A DNA stretch of 64,000 nt from Betaproteobacteria bacterium HGW-Betaproteobacteria-14. GTDB taxonomy: Bacteria; Pseudomonadota; Gammaproteobacteria; Burkholderiales; Rhodocyclaceae. A model generated the notes under the pieces. The model did not search any database. It had not been told where the DNA came from and saw nothing but the letters and a program-made list of their open reading frames with translations. The stretch covers positions 21,760 through 85,759 of the forward strand of contig PHCS01000024.1 in the NCBI GenBank assembly GCA_002840845.1, in the 5' to 3' direction. The stretch's first letter is position 1; the number at the start of each line of letters is the position of its first letter. A program made the position numbers and the translations under genes. Shown piece after piece: positions 61,145 to 64,000 of this stretch.

Positions 61145-63247
61145 TTACTTCACGCGCATGCCCGGCTGCGCGCCGCTGTCCGGGCTGAGGAGGAAGATGC
61201 CGGGGCCATCGCCGGAGGCCGCCAGCACCATGCCTTCCGAGAGGCCGAACTTCATCTTGCGCGGCGCGAGGTTCGCCACCATCACCGTCAGGCGCCCGGT
61301 AAGCGTCGCAGGATCGTAGGCCGACTTGATGCCGGCGAACACTGTGCGCGTTTCCGTGCCCAGGTCGAGCGTCAGCTTGATCAGTTTCTCGGCACCTTCG
61401 ACATGCTCGGCGCTGGCGATGCGCGCGATGCGCAGGTCAACTTTCGTAAAGTCGTCGATGCTGATGAGGGACACGGCGGTTTTCTCCTCGGCATGCTGCT
61501 GATGCTCGGCATGGCGCTGCTGCGAATGGGCTTGCGGCGCAGGTGACGGGGCGAGCGATTCCTTGTTTGCTTCGACGAGGGCGTCAATCTGCCTGCGCTC
61601 CACTCGCGTGGCAAGGTGCTTGTACTCGCCGATGCGGTGGCCGCCCGGCAGCAGGCGCGCGGCATCCGACCAGGCCAGCGGCGCGACCTTGAGGAAGGCT
61701 TCGACATCGGCGGCCAGCTTCGGCAGCACCGGCTTGAGGTAGATCGTGAGCAGCCTGAACAGGTTGAGCGCTTCCGAGCAGACAGCATGCAACTGCGCCT
61801 CGGCACCGGCTTTCTTGGCCAACTCCCAGGGGGCGTTGTCGTTGACGAACTGGTTGGCACGGTCGGCCAGCGCCATGACTTCGCGCAGCGCCTTGCCAAA
61901 TTCGCGCGCTTCATAAAGCGCGGCGATCGACTCGCCGGCAGCCTGCGCATCCGACAGAAGGTCGCTGGACGCGAGCGCCAGCGCGCCGTCGAAGCGCTTG
62001 TGGATGAACCCTGCGCAGCGAGAAGCGATATTCACGTACTTGCCGACGAGATCCGAATTCACCCGGGCGATGAAATCATCGAGACTGAGATCGATGTCCT
62101 CCATTGTGGCACTGAGCTTGGCGGCGTAGTAGTAGCGCAGCCATTCCGGATTCAAGCCCTGCTTCAGATAGCTCTCGGCGGTGATGAAAGTGCCGCGCGA
62201 CTTCGACATCTTCTGTCCGTCCACGGTGAGAAAGCCGTGGGCGTAGACAGATGTCGGTATGCGGTAGCCGGCATGCTCCAGTTCGGCGGGCCAGAACAGG
62301 GCGTGGAAATAGAGGATATCCTTACCGATGAAGTGATAGAGCTCGGTGCCGGCCTTCAGCGCGGCGGCCTTGTCGGTGAAGGCGGCGACGTCGATCTGCG
62401 GCGTGCGCGCGGCGAGATGCTTCAGGCTGCCGAAGTAGCCGATCGGCGCATCCAGCCAGACATAGAAATACTTGCCTGTCCCTTTCCCGTCTTCGCCGGG
62501 GATCTCGAAGCCGAAGTAGGGCGCGTCACGCGAGATGTCCCAGTCGGTGAGCCTGTTCTCGCCTTCCGTGCCGAGCCATTCCTGCAGCTTGTTTACGGCC
62601 TCGGGCTGGGTTTTGCAGACTTCGCGCGTCGCGCGCCGCAGGAACGCCTGGCAGCGCGGGTCGGACAGCTTGAAAAAATAATGGTCGGAGGATTTCCGCA
62701 CCGGCGTGGCGCCCGAGACGGCGGAGACGGGATTCTTAAGGTCCGTGGGGGCATAGGCGGCGCCGCATACTTCGCAGGAGTCGCCGTACTGATCCTTCGC
62801 GCCGCACTTCGGGCATTCGCCCTTGATGTAGCGGTCCGGCAGGAACATTGCCTTCACCGGATCGTAGAATTGTTCTACTGGGCGCACTTCGATGAGGCCG
62901 GCAGCCTTCAGCTTGCCGAAGATGTCGTTGGCGAAGAAGCGCGTTTCTTCAGAGTGCGTCGAGTAGTAGTTGTCGAAGGCGACGTGGAAGCCGGCGAAGT
63001 CGCGAGAATGTTCGCCATGCACCCGGGCAATCAGGGCTTCGGGCGTGATGCCCTCCTTGTCGGCGCGCAGCATGATCGGGGTGCCATGCGTGTCGTCGGC
63101 GCACACGTACCAGCATTCATGGCCGCGCATCTTCTGGAAGCGCACCCAGATGTCGGTCTGGATGTATTCGACGAGATGGCCGAGGTGGATGGCGCCATTG
63201 GCATACGGCAGGGCGCTGGTGACGAGGATCTTGCGCGGCGCTGACAT
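61145..63247 (-). CDS. metG: Methionyl-tRNA synthetase
   Basis: Start at [28 protein letters not shown] (HIGH). Zn knuckle [23 protein letters not shown] (GQKMSKSRG), C-terminal tRNA-binding (Trbp111-like) domain. Confidence 0.95.
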   Translation of the reverse strand: MSAPRKILVTSALPYANGAIHLGHLVEYIQTDIWVRFQKMRGHECWYVCADDTHGTPIMLRADKEGITPEALIARVHGEHSRDFAGFHVAFDNYYSTHSEETRFFANDIFGKLKAAGLIEVRPVEQFYDPVKAMFLPDRYIKGECPKCGAKDQYGDSCEVCGAAYAPTDLKNPVSAVSGATPVRKSSDHYFFKLSDPRCQAFLRRATREVCKTQPEAVNKLQEWLGTEGENRLTDWDISRDAPYFGFEIPGEDGKGTGKYFYVWLDAPIGYFGSLKHLAARTPQIDVAAFTDKAAALKAGTELYHFIGKDILYFHALFWPAELEHAGYRIPTSVYAHGFLTVDGQKMSKSRGTFITAESYLKQGLNPEWLRYYYAAKLSATMEDIDLSLDDFIARVNSDLVGKYVNIASRCAGFIHKRFDGALALASSDLLSDAQAAGESIAALYEAREFGKALREVMALADRANQFVNDNAPWELAKKAGAEAQLHAVCSEALNLFRLLTIYLKPVLPKLAADVEAFLKVAPLAWSDAARLLPGGHRIGEYKHLATRVERRQIDALVEANKESLAPSPAPQAHSQQRHAEHQQHAEEKTAVSLISIDDFTKVDLRIARIASAEHVEGAEKLIKLTLDLGTETRTVFAGIKSAYDPATLTGRLTVMVANLAPRKMKFGLSEGMVLAASGDGPGIFLLSPDSGAQPGMRVK

Positions 63248-63370
63248 TGCGGATTTTCTTTGAAAAAACAGTAATTTTAGCAGTTGAAGCCGGCAAACTG
63301 TATTCTGCGCCCAGAGATCCGTCAATCCTTAGTATAATAGTCGGGTATTAAAATTCTAATGGAGCACGCA

Positions 63371-64000
63371 ATGAGCATTTCCGAACTGCAGGTGCAGACG
63401 GCGCTGAAGGAAATCACCGATCCGAATACCGGCAAGGATTTCGTCAGCACGCGTTCAGCCAGGAACATCAAGACCGACGGCGCGGACATCGCGGTCGATA
63501 TCGAGCTGGGCTACCCGGCGAAGAGCCAGATCGACGGCATCCGCAAGACCGTCATCGACAAGCTGAAGGCGATTCCGGGCGCGGGCAATGTCTCCGCCAA
63601 TGTGTATAGCAAGATCGTATCCCACAGCGTGCAGCGCGGCGTCAAGCTCGTGCCGCAGGTGAAGAACATCATTGCCGTGGCCTCCGGCAAGGGCGGTGTG
63701 GGCAAGTCCACCACCGCGGTGAACCTGGCGCTGGCGCTGGCTGCCGAAGGCGCCAATGTGGGCTTGCTGGATGCGGACATCTATGGGCCGTCGCAGCCGC
63801 AGATGCTGGGCATCACCGACAAGCCTGAGTCGCGCGACGGCAAGACGCTGGAGCCGATGCAGGCCTACGGCCTGCAGGCCATGTCTATCGGCTTCCTCAT
63901 CGACGTCGAGACGCCGATGGTCTGGCGCGGCCCGATGGTCACGCAGGCGCTGCAGCAACTGCTGGGCGACACGCAGTGGCGCGACGTGGACTACCTGGTG
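63371..64000 (+). CDS. apbC: Fe-S cluster carrier ATPase ApbC/Mrp, N-terminal part (3' end outside the window)
   Basis: Not in the ORF track because it has no stop in the window. ATG 63371: MSISELQVQTALKEITDPNTGKDFV...IIAVASGKGGVGKSTTAVNLALALA...DADIYGPSQPQMLG. Divergent from metG, as in E. coli. Confidence 0.85.
   Translation, partial: MSISELQVQTALKEITDPNTGKDFVSTRSARNIKTDGADIAVDIELGYPAKSQIDGIRKTVIDKLKAIPGAGNVSANVYSKIVSHSVQRGVKLVPQVKNIIAVASGKGGVGKSTTAVNLALALAAEGANVGLLDADIYGPSQPQMLGITDKPESRDGKTLEPMQAYGLQAMSIGFLIDVETPMVWRGPMVTQALQQLLGDTQWRDVDYLV

Overview
This is a 64-kb chromosomal segment, about 63-65% G+C by eye. It probably comes from a betaproteobacterium (Rhodocyclales/Burkholderiales-like gene order and protein signatures), though that assignment is inference. 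Most of it is densely packed housekeeping DNA. In order:
- glyS(3' end)-gmhB-plsC
- two tandem YgjP/DUF45 genes and gloA
- the macromolecular-synthesis operon rpsU-yqeY-dnaG-rpoD followed by a tRNA(CAU)
- tsaD (reading frame broken), plsY/folB, ybaK, xerD-ogt
- a TAXI-type TRAP transporter cluster
- proA-holA-lptE-leuS, uvrD, maeB, qor, dnaE
- an oxyR / rubrerythrin / HdrD-like Fe-S / DUF3501 cluster
- acyP, metG and apbC(5' end)

Accessory or unusual content:
1. A ~4.2-kb low-G+C islet (3661-7822) sits against the 3' end of the tRNA. It carries a FeeM/LuxI-fold N-acyltransferase and a 7TMR-DISM PAS-GGDEF-EAL receptor.
2. Four tandem, mosaic membrane PAS-histidine kinases (30047-39221) have near-identical catalytic cores and no response regulator in the cluster.
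3. A small GNAT + higBA islet lies at 45849-47130.
4. An orphan ParA-like ATPase sits next to a GIDE-domain membrane protein with a canonical EF-hand loop.
5. At least four families of REP/BIME/MITE-like palindromic elements are present. One is inserted in frame inside leuS and one abuts the 3' end of maeB.
6. A promoter-to-terminator unit in the ybaK-xerD spacer is a candidate structured sRNA.

No CRISPR array, rRNA, transposase or phage gene was seen. Many long ORFs in the six-frame track are antisense or alternate-frame artefacts of the high G+C content and were rejected.
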